The translations under genes were made by a program, and so were the position numbers. This document shows positions 39,201 to 47,902 of a stretch of 64,000 nucleotides of DNA, one piece after another. Each line of letters starts with the position of its first letter. The stretch's first letter is position 1. The notes beneath the pieces were generated by a model. It was not told the DNA's origin. It was given only the letters and a program-made list of their open reading frames with translations, and made no database searches. The stretch is from contig CALSZZ010000002.1 in assembly GCA_943841885.1 (NCBI GenBank), positions 28,262-92,261 of the forward strand, in the 5' to 3' direction. Origin of the DNA: Candidatus Thalassarchaeaceae archaeon. Lineage in GTDB: Archaea; Thermoplasmatota; Poseidoniia; Poseidoniales; Thalassarchaeaceae.

Positions 39201-39783
39201 TGAAGAAGATTGTAATGTTGTTGTCGAGATATCTCTGAATGATAACGCAATATTTGACAAAGGAGATGCATCCAAAACTACACAAAAACAATTAGGCCTA
39301 TATGATAAGATAATTGGATTATGTGACGGAGATTCATATCTACTATCTCTAAATATTTCTCATCTTTATGATGAAAATGAGGGTAATACAGGAGACATTT
39401 ATGTCAGAATTTCTGAAGGAAGTTACGTAATAGAGGACTCAATTGCAATATTTACGCTACCTAGGTCGACAGATAATTGTGCTCAAAATCCAGATTCTTG
39501 CGAGTCAGAAGAAAGTAGTAATACGCTACTATTTAGTGGAATTGCTGCTTTAGTACTACTTCTTGTAGTTGGGGCAACTTTAGTTTTGAGAAATAGATCC
39601 TCTTCTAAAAATGACTTGAGTGAAGACTCCATAGAAGTATTTGGAGGAGTCGAACAAATGGATCCGATAGAGGCTTATGTCCAACAAATGGTTGGACAGG
39701 GCTATGAGGAGAGTGTAGCTAGGCAATATGCCGAACAATATTATGCCCAATATTATGAACAACAACGTCAAGGCAAAAGTTGA
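33226..39783 (+). CDS. Giant (~2185 aa) secreted, C-terminally anchored surface protein with an N-terminal FG-GAP/VCBS (integrin-alpha-like) propeller repeat region and multiple beta-sandwich modules
   Basis: The signal peptide MKSGRAIMLVLIMVSSTLIAMIPSVYA begins at the ATG at 33226; the track start at 33109 is upstream. FG-GAP-like Ca loops: GDLDCDGDNDII, ADVDGDEINDII, DDIDGDGNADTVF, ADVNRDGEMDFF. Two modules end in GLDGFAFDNITI and GLAGFAVDNIRV, reminiscent of MAM/jelly-roll modules. A C-terminal TM helix (LLFSGIAALVLLLVVGATLVL) is followed by a Gln/Tyr-rich tail (QYAEQYYAQYYEQQRQG). Confidence 0.75.
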   Translation: MKSGRAIMLVLIMVSSTLIAMIPSVYASHTTQYAVQRDPSAIAIGDLDCDGDNDIIAASTMGHFLSVLYNDGFGTAESTPTGTFADRQDIYISNNDTRRAGFRDTADGTRAEIADVDGDEINDIIYYQQNIRFVGESFVRPANLTVLKGVCDDRVNLWEDMASITVTNPFLLDLDVDDIDGDGNADTVFVTQDSTGANQYIQVYMGPDYTLPINQQTIPVPLTNGIYTDLMLGHWGETVQSSGTPGIPSTDCEDLDLWLLRTPPFNVGVGYSVGHFDNMTVLEFNCLPTAGNVFFSNPMDPAAQGMHEFKLDAEHNYPLYGIDIADTTPDDEDNEVDLVAAIDGIEGRVNYATKSGSTWNTQNYVNELGDYLGASLTIADVNRDGEMDFFIPTELTLEIIQDSSAQNQTYLSLENLRATNTVEIILANPDGAGYLPSLSFDVGRRPSVAMPGQLQGGSDSALEIVIGQRDYAYRFANNAMWLDTQGWPGAGDYLSVLTLDNFDLGLTGVTIEPSSVDPSTGQAMLGEGNRWVNVTVRNTGLNAIASGSVDVNLQVKEVLGGNDTIVYSNDFEDGDNPTINIANAQFSKYSYTGEYPEGHSSWHLESNSTAASENVSWYEADNNPTTYFWAGLDYEDESGNYTSGYVNHMDEALILENIDLTGADAAFMDISMMCSAGFFELFLAEAYSVVERWLYEDACGIEVWSEGTGWREVSRMGGWDNERLIRLYALDQDPEYNNYNVNFGGNNYASGWINYTEGGGTSDDPSETESIDLTPYAGEIIDIRFRFRSGLEGTVGPTGSSDNSGLDGFAFDNITIRKRNVEFGNITDASQELSFTNLDAGENQVVQLNADFVDNKTYYISTSLSNVDIINPSGAEDQDETNDEIKFQLTVKNLFDPGLAESAWPSLENGQRYASGERDIEVMVQNWGNTVVDFDVEAFIQNAEPELIAIEDFSGFEPIWFDDNDVEGYENGSRLDDSSGSNAMLPQNVGIFNSDAYWLGHPNDGYGDNWNESFSLEPIPVGESGADFTYLTFDYYAEGDFLQNNQGQVLAERDVAFLEIEWTKDGELFNGIVYGSWTDLNENGLLLARGSGGNLYHYCEDFDGNGYDEVEYFGDHSDQYESVSWYDSESLMKSVTLDLTHITVLNQTNEDSFTWTEECTTLAGSEVSLTWRFRSNDDGVHGNAGLAGFAVDNIRVEEFTFEDDGTYSVPVTGMDASERQKVTVTNHDFNSGIYKIDVNTIFNNSIIDTPWYNKSEVNVANNFSSIILSIASADITLMQPNVLDCATDITYKCVYPTNPDGDWESSHDFSVPLLNGVIAGEYILSMKIVDLTTGATVLEKTADNGPFDLEPHNRATANWSSPYSGWEDGHSYNISFSAVLGSDGEKSGNDRYFEILFEDEIDVLILSNPTDQNRLQRVKMDLESMGKSYTQLRVNDWEIYATPDWIEHYDKVLMPWQTDYNVVYGNYYDMMSTNRDSDGLSLTQTLESYMYDGGTVQMHLGPYRNDYMPEKLPFGIDIAMRNQYNFTMDNRIGYDNISIEDPFHPILKDIDTSALAIAHGGDYVALSGLDISQVSQSQMPQVCGGRINEPSGTFHTLIRDIDNPTQSLMSVCNYYSGGLIVTTMDVENPSMSESFNGTSIPLLSKMLDFHLTPWEDSDSNGEPDFGIIREGFQMTIDGKQPIFDGALGNYRTTAIKSNANLSFSFDTDVEGIFADWTLESGNNDSVTDWNGDILDAGKISSMHQEDKSIPIDATFCVSDANSDTGCKIDAQWILSLYLHNELGHTRTAKITLYTNDVDADSSAPIASASIINNAISLENLEFSETKRVPIGVDSNNDPVYEEYPVYIVRLSESGDTTISFTAENSSDVGTGIKTFIWTMVDDVQLDMVGQVSNTKHTFELPIGAGPEWSYTFKNVTSNGIQSNQVRMELQVKDYTGLTSEKFRLFFIVVGELFGDEPPVVDSDDLFTTDGQRFDALDALDILEISGIVTGGAEEDCNVVVEISLNDNAIFDKGDASKTTQKQLGLYDKIIGLCDGDSYLLSLNISHLYDENEGNTGDIYVRISEGSYVIEDSIAIFTLPRSTDNCAQNPDSCESEESSNTLLFSGIAALVLLLVVGATLVLRNRSSSKNDLSEDSIEVFGGVEQMDPIEAYVQQMVGQGYEESVARQYAEQYYAQYYEQQRQGKS

Positions 39784-39833
39784 TGAAAATAATTAGGAGA
39801 TAACTGCATTAATTGTATTATAGTTAGTGATTA

Positions 39834-40976
39834 TTATTTAGAACTTAATTCTCTACTTATGATTAATCTTTGTATTTGACTTGTACCTTCAAATATTTGA
39901 TAGACTTTTGCACCTCTCATTCTTCGAGCAACAGGATATTCTTCAGAATATCCATACCCTCCAAAAACCTGTACCGCGTCTGTTGTTACTTCCATGCATG
40001 TATCAGCTGCGAATCTTTTGGCGTGTGCAGCCTCAAGTGTATTCCGATTTCCATTATCTAAAACCGATGCCGCTTTCCAACATAATAATCGTGCAGCTTC
40101 TATCTTAGTTGCCATATCGGCTATCATAAAGGATATTGATTGATGATTAAAAATAGGCTTCCCCATTGTTTCACGTTCTTTTGAGTATTTCAATGCCTCT
40201 TCCATGGCGCCTCTAGCATTTCCTACTGCATGCGACGATATTGCTGGCCTAGAATGATCAAATGCTTTCATGGCATTAATCCAACCATCATTTTCCCTAC
40301 CTCCAATTAGATTCTCAATAGGTACTCTAACATCAGTAAATGTAACAGAACGAGTATCAGAACATCTTTGTCCCATATTCATTTCCTTTTTACCTAATTC
40401 TATTCCTTCTGAGTCAGCATCTATTATGAAACCACTCATTCCATTGTATCCTGCCTTCTTATTTGTATATGCTAATACGAAGAACCATTCCGCGTGTCCG
40501 GCTCCTGTAATCCACATTTTACTTCCATTAATTATGTATTCATCTCCATCTCTTACTGCTTCAGTTTTTATCCCTCTTACATCACTTCCTGCATTTGGTT
40601 CTGTAACACAGTAAGATGCAATGACTCCATTAGCAGTCTTAGAGAGATATTTTTCTTTTTGCTCTTCAGTTCCTCCAGTGATTATTGGATATGATGCTAG
40701 TATAGTACTGCCCGCAGCAGTTGCGAAACCTGGATCTCCTCTTCCGATTTCTTCAGAAATGATGACATCTTCTATTGAACCCATTCCTCCTCCTCCATAT
40801 TTTTCAGGAATCTTGACTGTTAATAGCCCAATATCTGAAGCATTTTTTATTGCTTCCAATGGGTATATACTTTCTAAATCCCATTTAGATGCATTTGGTA
40901 TTATCTCTTCATCTACAAAATCACGAGCAAGCTGTTGTAACATCTTTTGCTCTTCTGATAACCTAAAGTCTACCAC
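39834..40976 (-). CDS. Acyl-CoA dehydrogenase
   Basis: 380 aa with FRLSEEQKMLQQLARDF, YCVTEPNAGSD, WITGAGHA and QVFGGYGYSEEYPVARRMRGAKVYQIFEGTSQIQRLII. GTG start. Confidence 0.9.
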   Translation of the reverse strand: MVDFRLSEEQKMLQQLARDFVDEEIIPNASKWDLESIYPLEAIKNASDIGLLTVKIPEKYGGGGMGSIEDVIISEEIGRGDPGFATAAGSTILASYPIITGGTEEQKEKYLSKTANGVIASYCVTEPNAGSDVRGIKTEAVRDGDEYIINGSKMWITGAGHAEWFFVLAYTNKKAGYNGMSGFIIDADSEGIELGKKEMNMGQRCSDTRSVTFTDVRVPIENLIGGRENDGWINAMKAFDHSRPAISSHAVGNARGAMEEALKYSKERETMGKPIFNHQSISFMIADMATKIEAARLLCWKAASVLDNGNRNTLEAAHAKRFAADTCMEVTTDAVQVFGGYGYSEEYPVARRMRGAKVYQIFEGTSQIQRLIISRELSSK

Positions 40977-41067
40977 GACATTTGCGTAGTGTCTCCTCTT
41001 TTAGAGGTACAGGTAGTAATATCTCCAATATTGAAGATATTTATGCTATATGAAAGTAAAATTATCC

Positions 41068-41259
41068 TTAATCGACTTTTTTAACATTGACTGCATTAGG
41101 TCCTTTCGGCCCTTCTCCAACCTCAAATTCGACAGAATCTCCATCATTAAGTTCCCCTTCAACTTGGGATTTATGTACGAATAAATCATCTCCCTCATCT
41201 CTTTCAATAAATCCGAATCCTTTAATTCGATTAAACCATTTTACTGTTCCTTGTGCCAT
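41068..41259 (-). CDS. Cold-shock domain protein (CspA family)
   Basis: [33 protein letters not shown] carries RNP1 (KGFGFI) and RNP2 (VFVH-like) motifs. The ATG at 41259 is preferred over the 93-aa track ORF. GAGGGTGG lies about 11 nt upstream. Confidence 0.85.
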   Translation of the reverse strand: MAQGTVKWFNRIKGFGFIERDEGDDLFVHKSQVEGELNDGDSVEFEVGEGPKGPNAVNVKKVD

Positions 41260-41413
41260 ATTATCGCTGTCCACCCTCATGTAGTATTTCATGTTACCTT
41301 GTATATATGTGAATAGTAACGTTATTACTATGATGTAAATAATATCCAATTAATAAATTTATTATTTATTTAGGACAATGTTCATTTGTATAATTGCTAT
41401 CTAATGAATTAAG

Positions 41414-42088
41414 ATGACCGCCGCACTACCTCACAAACTCTTTGCTGAATTCATTGGAACATTCTTTCTTACATTCACTATATGCCTAACGACAACTTTT
41501 TTTTCCATTCTTTCAGGAGAAACAAGTGCTGCTTTCCCAATTGCTGCAGTACTCATGTTGATGATTTATTCTCTTGGCCATATTTCTGGTGCTCATTTTA
41601 ATCCAGCCGTTACTCTGAGTATTTGGATGGGAGAAAAAATCAATAAAAAAAATGCCTTATTATATTTAGTAATACAGACAATAGCAGGAATAATTGGCGC
41701 TTTATGTTCTATAATAATTTATTATGGCGAATTTCAAACAACATCATTTAGACTTGTATCATTATTGGAATATCATAATTTTATTTCAATAATGTTATCA
41801 GAATATATTTTTACTTTTGCACTGGTATTTGTGATTTTTAACGTAGCCATTTCAGAAAAGACCACTGGGAATAATTATTTCGGTATAGCAATTGCTTCAG
41901 TAGTGTTTACTGGTATACTGACTGTTGGAACCGTTTCAATGGCATCTTTCAATCCTGCAGTTTCTATTTCTTTGGTTGTTGTTGGTAAATTGAAATTAAA
42001 AGAAATATTATGGTTACATATTACGCCTCAAATATTGGGGGCAATAACTGCTATGTATGCATACAATTTCATTGAAGGAAATAATTAG
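41414..42088 (+). CDS. Aquaporin / MIP-family channel
   Basis: Two NPA motifs (SGAHFNPAVT and SFNPAVS) and six hydrophobic segments. Confidence 0.85.
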   Translation: MTAALPHKLFAEFIGTFFLTFTICLTTTFFSILSGETSAAFPIAAVLMLMIYSLGHISGAHFNPAVTLSIWMGEKINKKNALLYLVIQTIAGIIGALCSIIIYYGEFQTTSFRLVSLLEYHNFISIMLSEYIFTFALVFVIFNVAISEKTTGNNYFGIAIASVVFTGILTVGTVSMASFNPAVSISLVVVGKLKLKEILWLHITPQILGAITAMYAYNFIEGNN

Positions 42089-42099
42089 TAATATTAATA

Positions 42100-45000
42100 C
42101 TACATATTCCTTCGAAATTTACCTCCAGTTTCAAATAGTGCTTGGGTGACTTGACCAACAGTACAATAGTTCACGATATCCATCATTACTTCAAATAAAT
42201 TACCACCTTCTCTTGCAACCCTTTTCAATCTAGCTAAACCTTCTTGAGATTCCTTAAGATGTTCTCTTTTGAATGCTATATTACGTTCAATAACCATCAT
42301 TCTTTCATTCTTATCTGAACGAGTTACTTCTACATCAAATCCCTCTATCGATAATGAATCATCTACATCATCTTTGAAGGTATTTACTCCAATAATTGGT
42401 AATTCACCAGAGTGTTTTCTATGTTCATATATCATAGATTCATCTTGTATACGGTTTCTCTGATAGTTTACTTCAAGCGCACCCAAAACGCCTCCACGCC
42501 TATTCATTTCTTCAAATATTTTCAAAATCTCCTCTTCTACAGAATCAGTTAACCAACCAGCAACATGCGATCCTTGAAGTGGATTTTCATTTTGTAACCA
42601 ACCATACTCTTTTGAAAGTATTAATTGGATTGCTACTGCATCTCTTACAGTATCTTCTGTTGGTGTCCCGAATGCTTCATCACGAGAATTAGTATGTAAT
42701 GAATTAGCATTATCTGCAAGTGCATAAAGTGCTTGTAATGTAGTCCGATAATCATTCCATGTATATTCTTGAGCATGTAGGGACCTTCCACTACTCTGAA
42801 TATGGTATTTCAGTTTTTGACCACGTTCATCAACTCCATACATATCCCTCATAGCAATAGACCATATTCTCCTACATACTCTGCCTATTACTGCATATTC
42901 CGGGTCCATGCCATTTGAGAAAAACCAACTGAAATTTCTTAGGAATTTATTTGCATTAAGGCCTCTAGAATTGAATAACTCAACATATGTTAATCCATTG
43001 GATAACGTCAGTGCTGCTTGAGATATTGGATTTGCTCCAGCTTCAGCAATATGATATCCAGAAATAGAAACAAAGTAATGATTACGAATTTCATTATCGA
43101 CATAAAATTCTGCAACATCTCCCATCATTCTCAATGCAGTATCAAGATTGAAAACTAATGTATTCTGACCCATTGATTCCTTTAACTGATCCGCTTGTAC
43201 TGTCCCTCTAACTGAACTCAAAGTCTTAGACTTTATTTCAGAGTGTTCTTTGTCATTTGGGGAGCGCCCATTATTTCTTTTGAATTTTTTAATTTGTTGT
43301 CTAATTGCTACATTGAAGAAAGCTGCTAAATGCCACCAATAATTCCCATTAATTGTTTTTGATACTGAGGTATTAGGTGCACATAAATCAAAACCTTCAA
43401 ATAATTTTTCCATTTCATCTACTGTGCTTATAGAAACTCCACTTTCACATACCTTTCCAAATATATCCAATCTTTCTTGAGGATCATTTCCATACAAACT
43501 AGGCGAATCAAATGCAACTGATAACCTATTGAAATCTTGATCTTTGGAAAGAAAGTGATATCTTTTATTTGTTCTTTCTGCGCTCCCTTCCCCTGCAAAC
43601 ATTCTGACTGGTAATTCATCCTGTCTCTTGAATGGAAATACTCCTCCAGTATATGGAAATGATCCTGGGATATTTTCTCTTCTTATCCAATTAAAAGTAT
43701 CTCCCCAATCACTATATTCAGGTAACGCTACTCTTGGAACATCCAGTCCTGAAAGTGTTTTTCTGGTTGTTTCTACTGAGATATCTTTATCTCTAACGGT
43801 ATAACTAGCTATCCCAGAACGATACTGATTTGCTTTATTCCTGAAAGTTCGTAAACTTTCCCAAGCACTATCTGGGATATCTGAACGAATAATTTCTGCT
43901 TCTTCTCTAAGTTCTTTAGATGCTACCTTATTTTTATTTGATTCCATTTGTTTGGCGGCAGACTCTAGTTGTTGAACCAAGCGCATTTTTGAGGCAGTTT
44001 CCTCAGTCCTAAAGTGATAGTTTTTGATTACATTAGAAACTTCAGCCAAATAGCCTTGTCTTTCAGGAGGTATCGGAGAGGATCTATGTGGTAAACCGTC
44101 AACTCCCAACCTAGGTTCTGCTGCAGAAAATGTTTTAGAGTATTTATCGTTTATCAAATTAGATAATTTTTTCCAAAGTTGATCCACTCCTGCATCTGCA
44201 AACTGACTTGCAATTGTTGGAACTACGGGAAGATCAGAATTATTAGTATCCCACATCTCTCTATTTCTCTTAAATTGTTTTTGAATTTCTAATAGGGCAT
44301 CTTCTGCTCCCGGCCTATCAAATTTATTTAATACGACAATATCTGCAGAATCTAACATCTCTAACTTTTCTAATTGACTAGGTGCACCATATTCTCTGGT
44401 TGTGACATATAGAGAAATATCAGCAACTTCAGTAATTGCATCATTTCCCTGGCCTATGCCACTCGTCTCTACAATTACTAGATCGAAACCAACTGCTTTA
44501 CATGCTTCTATGGAACGACCTATGCAATCTGCAATCTCTCTACCGCTATTTCTACTTGCAAATGAACGCATGAATAAATTATCATCAGATAGTGAATTCA
44601 TTCTTATTCTATCTCCTAGTAATGCTCCTCCTGTTCTCTTACGTGTAGGATCAGTAGCAAGTAAAGCAATTTTAGTTCCAGGATTGTCTCTTTGTATTCT
44701 TAACATCAATTCATCAGTAAGACTTGATTTTCCTGCACCGCCAGTGCCTGTCAAACCAATAACTGGACATCTTAAACCATCTGTCGATCTGACTTTATCT
44801 AGAATATTATTGAATATTTTTTCATCTTCATTTTCTGCCAATGTAATTAGTTTTGACACTGCAGAGTGTTCATCTGCAAAAATCGGTTTATTTAAAGATT
44901 CAAATCTTATTGGATTAAGTAAGTCATTATTGGATGCTCTTTTCATGGCATCAGATACCATTCCTGTAAGGCCCATTTCTCTTCCATCTTCAGGAGAATA

Positions 45001-45423
45001 TATCTTTGCTATATCGGAATCAAAAAGATGCTTTATCTCACTAGGAAGAATCGTTCCTCCTCCTCCTCCGATCAAACATACATGTCCAAATCCTGATTCA
45101 TCGAGTATTTGCTTAGTGTGAGTGAACATTTCTACAGCGCCTCCTTGATATGAAGTAATCGCAACACAATGAGCATCTTCTTGAATGGCCGCTTTTGCTA
45201 CTTCATCTGCACCCCTGTCATGCCCTAAATGAATTACTTCACAGCCCATGGATTGGAATATTCTTCTAAAAATACCAATCGCAGCATCATGGCCATCAAA
45301 TATCGCTGCTGCGGTAATGATTCGTAGAGGAATCTCTTCACGTTTACCTCTGCCCACAAGGGCCCGAGAACATACGTCCACAAAAATTAGTCGCATCATT
45401 GCTTGTTTAGAATATCCCGCCAA
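42100..45423 (-). CDS. icmF: Fused IcmF-type acyl-CoA mutase: B12-binding domain plus MeaB-like G-protein chaperone plus mutase catalytic domain
   Basis: N-terminal B12 site DGHDAAIGI with the Rossmann-like VIHLG; P-loop GLTGTGGAGKSSL and NKFD (GTPase); long C-terminal mutase barrel. The track start overlaps the upstream LysE gene by 17 nt; in-frame Met codons at 45399 and 45396 (the MM in KQAMMRLIF) are alternatives. Confidence 0.8.
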   Translation of the reverse strand: MAGYSKQAMMRLIFVDVCSRALVGRGKREEIPLRIITAAAIFDGHDAAIGIFRRIFQSMGCEVIHLGHDRGADEVAKAAIQEDAHCVAITSYQGGAVEMFTHTKQILDESGFGHVCLIGGGGGTILPSEIKHLFDSDIAKIYSPEDGREMGLTGMVSDAMKRASNNDLLNPIRFESLNKPIFADEHSAVSKLITLAENEDEKIFNNILDKVRSTDGLRCPVIGLTGTGGAGKSSLTDELMLRIQRDNPGTKIALLATDPTRKRTGGALLGDRIRMNSLSDDNLFMRSFASRNSGREIADCIGRSIEACKAVGFDLVIVETSGIGQGNDAITEVADISLYVTTREYGAPSQLEKLEMLDSADIVVLNKFDRPGAEDALLEIQKQFKRNREMWDTNNSDLPVVPTIASQFADAGVDQLWKKLSNLINDKYSKTFSAAEPRLGVDGLPHRSSPIPPERQGYLAEVSNVIKNYHFRTEETASKMRLVQQLESAAKQMESNKNKVASKELREEAEIIRSDIPDSAWESLRTFRNKANQYRSGIASYTVRDKDISVETTRKTLSGLDVPRVALPEYSDWGDTFNWIRRENIPGSFPYTGGVFPFKRQDELPVRMFAGEGSAERTNKRYHFLSKDQDFNRLSVAFDSPSLYGNDPQERLDIFGKVCESGVSISTVDEMEKLFEGFDLCAPNTSVSKTINGNYWWHLAAFFNVAIRQQIKKFKRNNGRSPNDKEHSEIKSKTLSSVRGTVQADQLKESMGQNTLVFNLDTALRMMGDVAEFYVDNEIRNHYFVSISGYHIAEAGANPISQAALTLSNGLTYVELFNSRGLNANKFLRNFSWFFSNGMDPEYAVIGRVCRRIWSIAMRDMYGVDERGQKLKYHIQSSGRSLHAQEYTWNDYRTTLQALYALADNANSLHTNSRDEAFGTPTEDTVRDAVAIQLILSKEYGWLQNENPLQGSHVAGWLTDSVEEEILKIFEEMNRRGGVLGALEVNYQRNRIQDESMIYEHRKHSGELPIIGVNTFKDDVDDSLSIEGFDVEVTRSDKNERMMVIERNIAFKREHLKESQEGLARLKRVAREGGNLFEVMMDIVNYCTVGQVTQALFETGGKFRRNM

Positions 45424-46030
45424 TCAGAAGCAATGCAAATATAAACATCAATATACCCATTAAACCATCAATGATATGAGATATTGATTTGAGTTTCAAT
45501 ATTCTATCTCCTGTTGTCAAAACAGTTGCTACGGTCACATACCAAGTGCCATCAATTATCATGCCAAGAAAACCCATTCCTAAAAGAGTTTTAATATCTA
45601 CATCAGCCTCTATGAAAGGTGTATATAATGCCAACATCCATGCTAAAATTTTTGGATTCAGCAATGCAATAAGGAAGCCCTGTATGAATCCTTGCCTATT
45701 CTGAGGAATGAGGTCATTTTCTTGCGAATCATTTCTTGGGCCTTCTTTAGCACTATTGACGAAAATATATCCAAGCCAAACCAGTATTACTATACCTCCA
45801 GTTTTCAATATAATTTCTGTAGACTCGTGTATCGATAAGGCAGTAGCTATTCCTAAGGCTGCAAGAAACGCATAGATTCCAAAACCAATTCCATGACCTA
45901 TTCCTGTCATGACTCCCTGTTGCCGCCCTCCTGCCAAGGTATTTCTTAGTACTACTGCCAGAGATGGTCCAGGACTTATTGCCCCGAGAGTGAAAACTAG
46001 GGTAAGCCCAGCCCATTCTTCTGGGCCCAT
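45407..46030 (-). CDS. LysE/RhtB family amino-acid efflux transporter
   Basis: About 207 aa with six hydrophobic segments and an N-terminal GAISPGPSLAVV block typical of the LysE family. Confidence 0.7.
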   Translation of the reverse strand: MGPEEWAGLTLVFTLGAISPGPSLAVVLRNTLAGGRQQGVMTGIGHGIGFGIYAFLAALGIATALSIHESTEIILKTGGIVILVWLGYIFVNSAKEGPRNDSQENDLIPQNRQGFIQGFLIALLNPKILAWMLALYTPFIEADVDIKTLLGMGFLGMIIDGTWYVTVATVLTTGDRILKLKSISHIIDGLMGILMFIFALLLIGGIF

Positions 46031-46039
46031 CAAAACACC

Positions 46040-47821
46040 TTATGCGCCTTCATACATTGCTTCGATTTCTTTAACCCAATTTTCTCTAATTTGAATCCTT
46101 CTAATTTTGAGCGTTGGTGTCAATTCTCCAAAGTCAACATTTAGGTCTCTGGGAAGAATTTTAAATTTCTTTATTTGCTCAGGATTACTGAATTGTCCGT
46201 TTAATGATGTGACATGTTCTTGCATTTCAGCATAGGTTTCTTCACTATCTGTGTAGTCTGAAAGTACTTTCCCAAATCCTTCTAGTGTGGTAATTTGTAC
46301 TGCTGGATCCTTTGGAATTTTTGCTGGATCCATGCCATGTTTATCTCTCAAAATAGCACCTACATCTAATGTGAATAATGCGCTACAGTACTTCCTACCA
46401 TCACCAATTAGCATACATTGAGATACCATTGGGATCGACTTCATTGTTTCTTCAATAACTAAGGGTGCAATATTTTTACCTCCAGAACTAACGTATAATT
46501 CTTTTATCCTTCCAGTAATTTTTACGTATCCATCTTCATCTATTTCTCCCTTATCTCCTGAATGTAACCATCCATCAGAATCTATTGTCTCTGCGGTTGC
46601 TTCAGGATTCTTGTAGTATCCTTTCATAATATGCCTTCCTCTGAAAAGAATTTCTCCTGTCTCCGAAATCATTAATTCTGTTCCGCTGAATGGTTTACCT
46701 ACAGTTCCAAATTTATGATTTTTCTTGTACCCTAAACTTGCTCCTGCAGTAGTTTCAGTCATGCCATATCCCTCATATAATGGGATATCCAGTGTATGGA
46801 ATAATTTCAGAATATCAGGATTAATGGGGGCAGCTCCTGTAATTGCATAAATACAATTTGACATCCCAATTGCTTCTTTGGCCTTTTTCTTTATGATTCC
46901 ACCAAGAATTGGTATCTTTGTCAGTTTTATCTTTCCTCCTAATTTAGCCATTAGATTACTGTAAACTTTTTCATAGATTCTAGGTACTCCAATGAACAAA
47001 TGGGGTTGTACTTCTTTGGCATAATCAATAACATTTAGTGGTGCATCGACAACAGTCATATGAAGTCCCCATCTAATGTGTGCATGACAATCTACTAATT
47101 GCCCGAAAACATGAGCGCAAGGTAGCCAAGAAACATATCCCCATCCCCTTTCAAACTCTTGTAATTTCCATACTTCTGCCAATTCAAAATCAATATTATC
47201 ATGACTAAGCTCCACGCCTTTTGGTTGCCCAGTAGTACCTGATGTGTAAATCAAAGTAAAAGTATCCTCTGGAGTAATATTACTGACTCTCTTTTCTATA
47301 TCTGAGTATTCGACACTATTTCCCTTTTCTATAAAATCAGACCAAGTCATACATTTGGGATGTTCAGGCATATCAACTCCTTCCATTAAAACTACTACCT
47401 CGACTTTATCCAATCTATCCATTATTGCATGTAATCGGTGCGCACACATCTTTTCTGTATTACCTCCGTCCATGGGATTATCGCCTACAAAAACAACTTT
47501 TGAATCAGAATTTCCCACTACCCACTCAACTTCTTCAGGAGAACATGTGTGGTAAACTCCGACAGCAGCTCCATTACACATATTTGCCGCATGATAGGAA
47601 GTATACCATTCCACCCTGTTGTAAGAATAAATACTTAATTTGTCTCCTTCTTCAAATCCCAATGCAATTAATGATTTAGCAACCGATGCAGTTTGATCAT
47701 GGAATTCTTTCCAACTAATATGATTCCACTTACCCTGGGAATTTTTTGTAGAAATGGCTTTTTCATTACCATGATTCTTTGCATTTGCCATCAAGTATTC
47801 GGGGGTTGTCATTGCCGACAT
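46040..47821 (-). CDS. Long-chain acyl-CoA synthetase (AMP-forming, ANL superfamily)
   Basis: AMP-binding signature YTSGTTGQPKGV, then YGMTET, GWLHSGDKGEIDEDGYVKITGRIKE and GGKNIAP. Confidence 0.9.
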   Translation of the reverse strand: MSAMTTPEYLMANAKNHGNEKAISTKNSQGKWNHISWKEFHDQTASVAKSLIALGFEEGDKLSIYSYNRVEWYTSYHAANMCNGAAVGVYHTCSPEEVEWVVGNSDSKVVFVGDNPMDGGNTEKMCAHRLHAIMDRLDKVEVVVLMEGVDMPEHPKCMTWSDFIEKGNSVEYSDIEKRVSNITPEDTFTLIYTSGTTGQPKGVELSHDNIDFELAEVWKLQEFERGWGYVSWLPCAHVFGQLVDCHAHIRWGLHMTVVDAPLNVIDYAKEVQPHLFIGVPRIYEKVYSNLMAKLGGKIKLTKIPILGGIIKKKAKEAIGMSNCIYAITGAAPINPDILKLFHTLDIPLYEGYGMTETTAGASLGYKKNHKFGTVGKPFSGTELMISETGEILFRGRHIMKGYYKNPEATAETIDSDGWLHSGDKGEIDEDGYVKITGRIKELYVSSGGKNIAPLVIEETMKSIPMVSQCMLIGDGRKYCSALFTLDVGAILRDKHGMDPAKIPKDPAVQITTLEGFGKVLSDYTDSEETYAEMQEHVTSLNGQFSNPEQIKKFKILPRDLNVDFGELTPTLKIRRIQIRENWVKEIEAMYEGA

Positions 47822-47902
47822 AATTTCTTGGGAAAACTATTCATGCATAAATATTGGTGTATTATTCAACACTTAATTACTAAATTTACAGTTAAATATA
47901 TT

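Noticed and set aside
44402-45121. 239-aa plus-strand ORF inside the icmF gene
   Set aside because: It is antisense to a gene with clear B12-binding, P-loop and mutase motifs. Its Ser/Pro/Leu-rich composition is typical of a shadow ORF.
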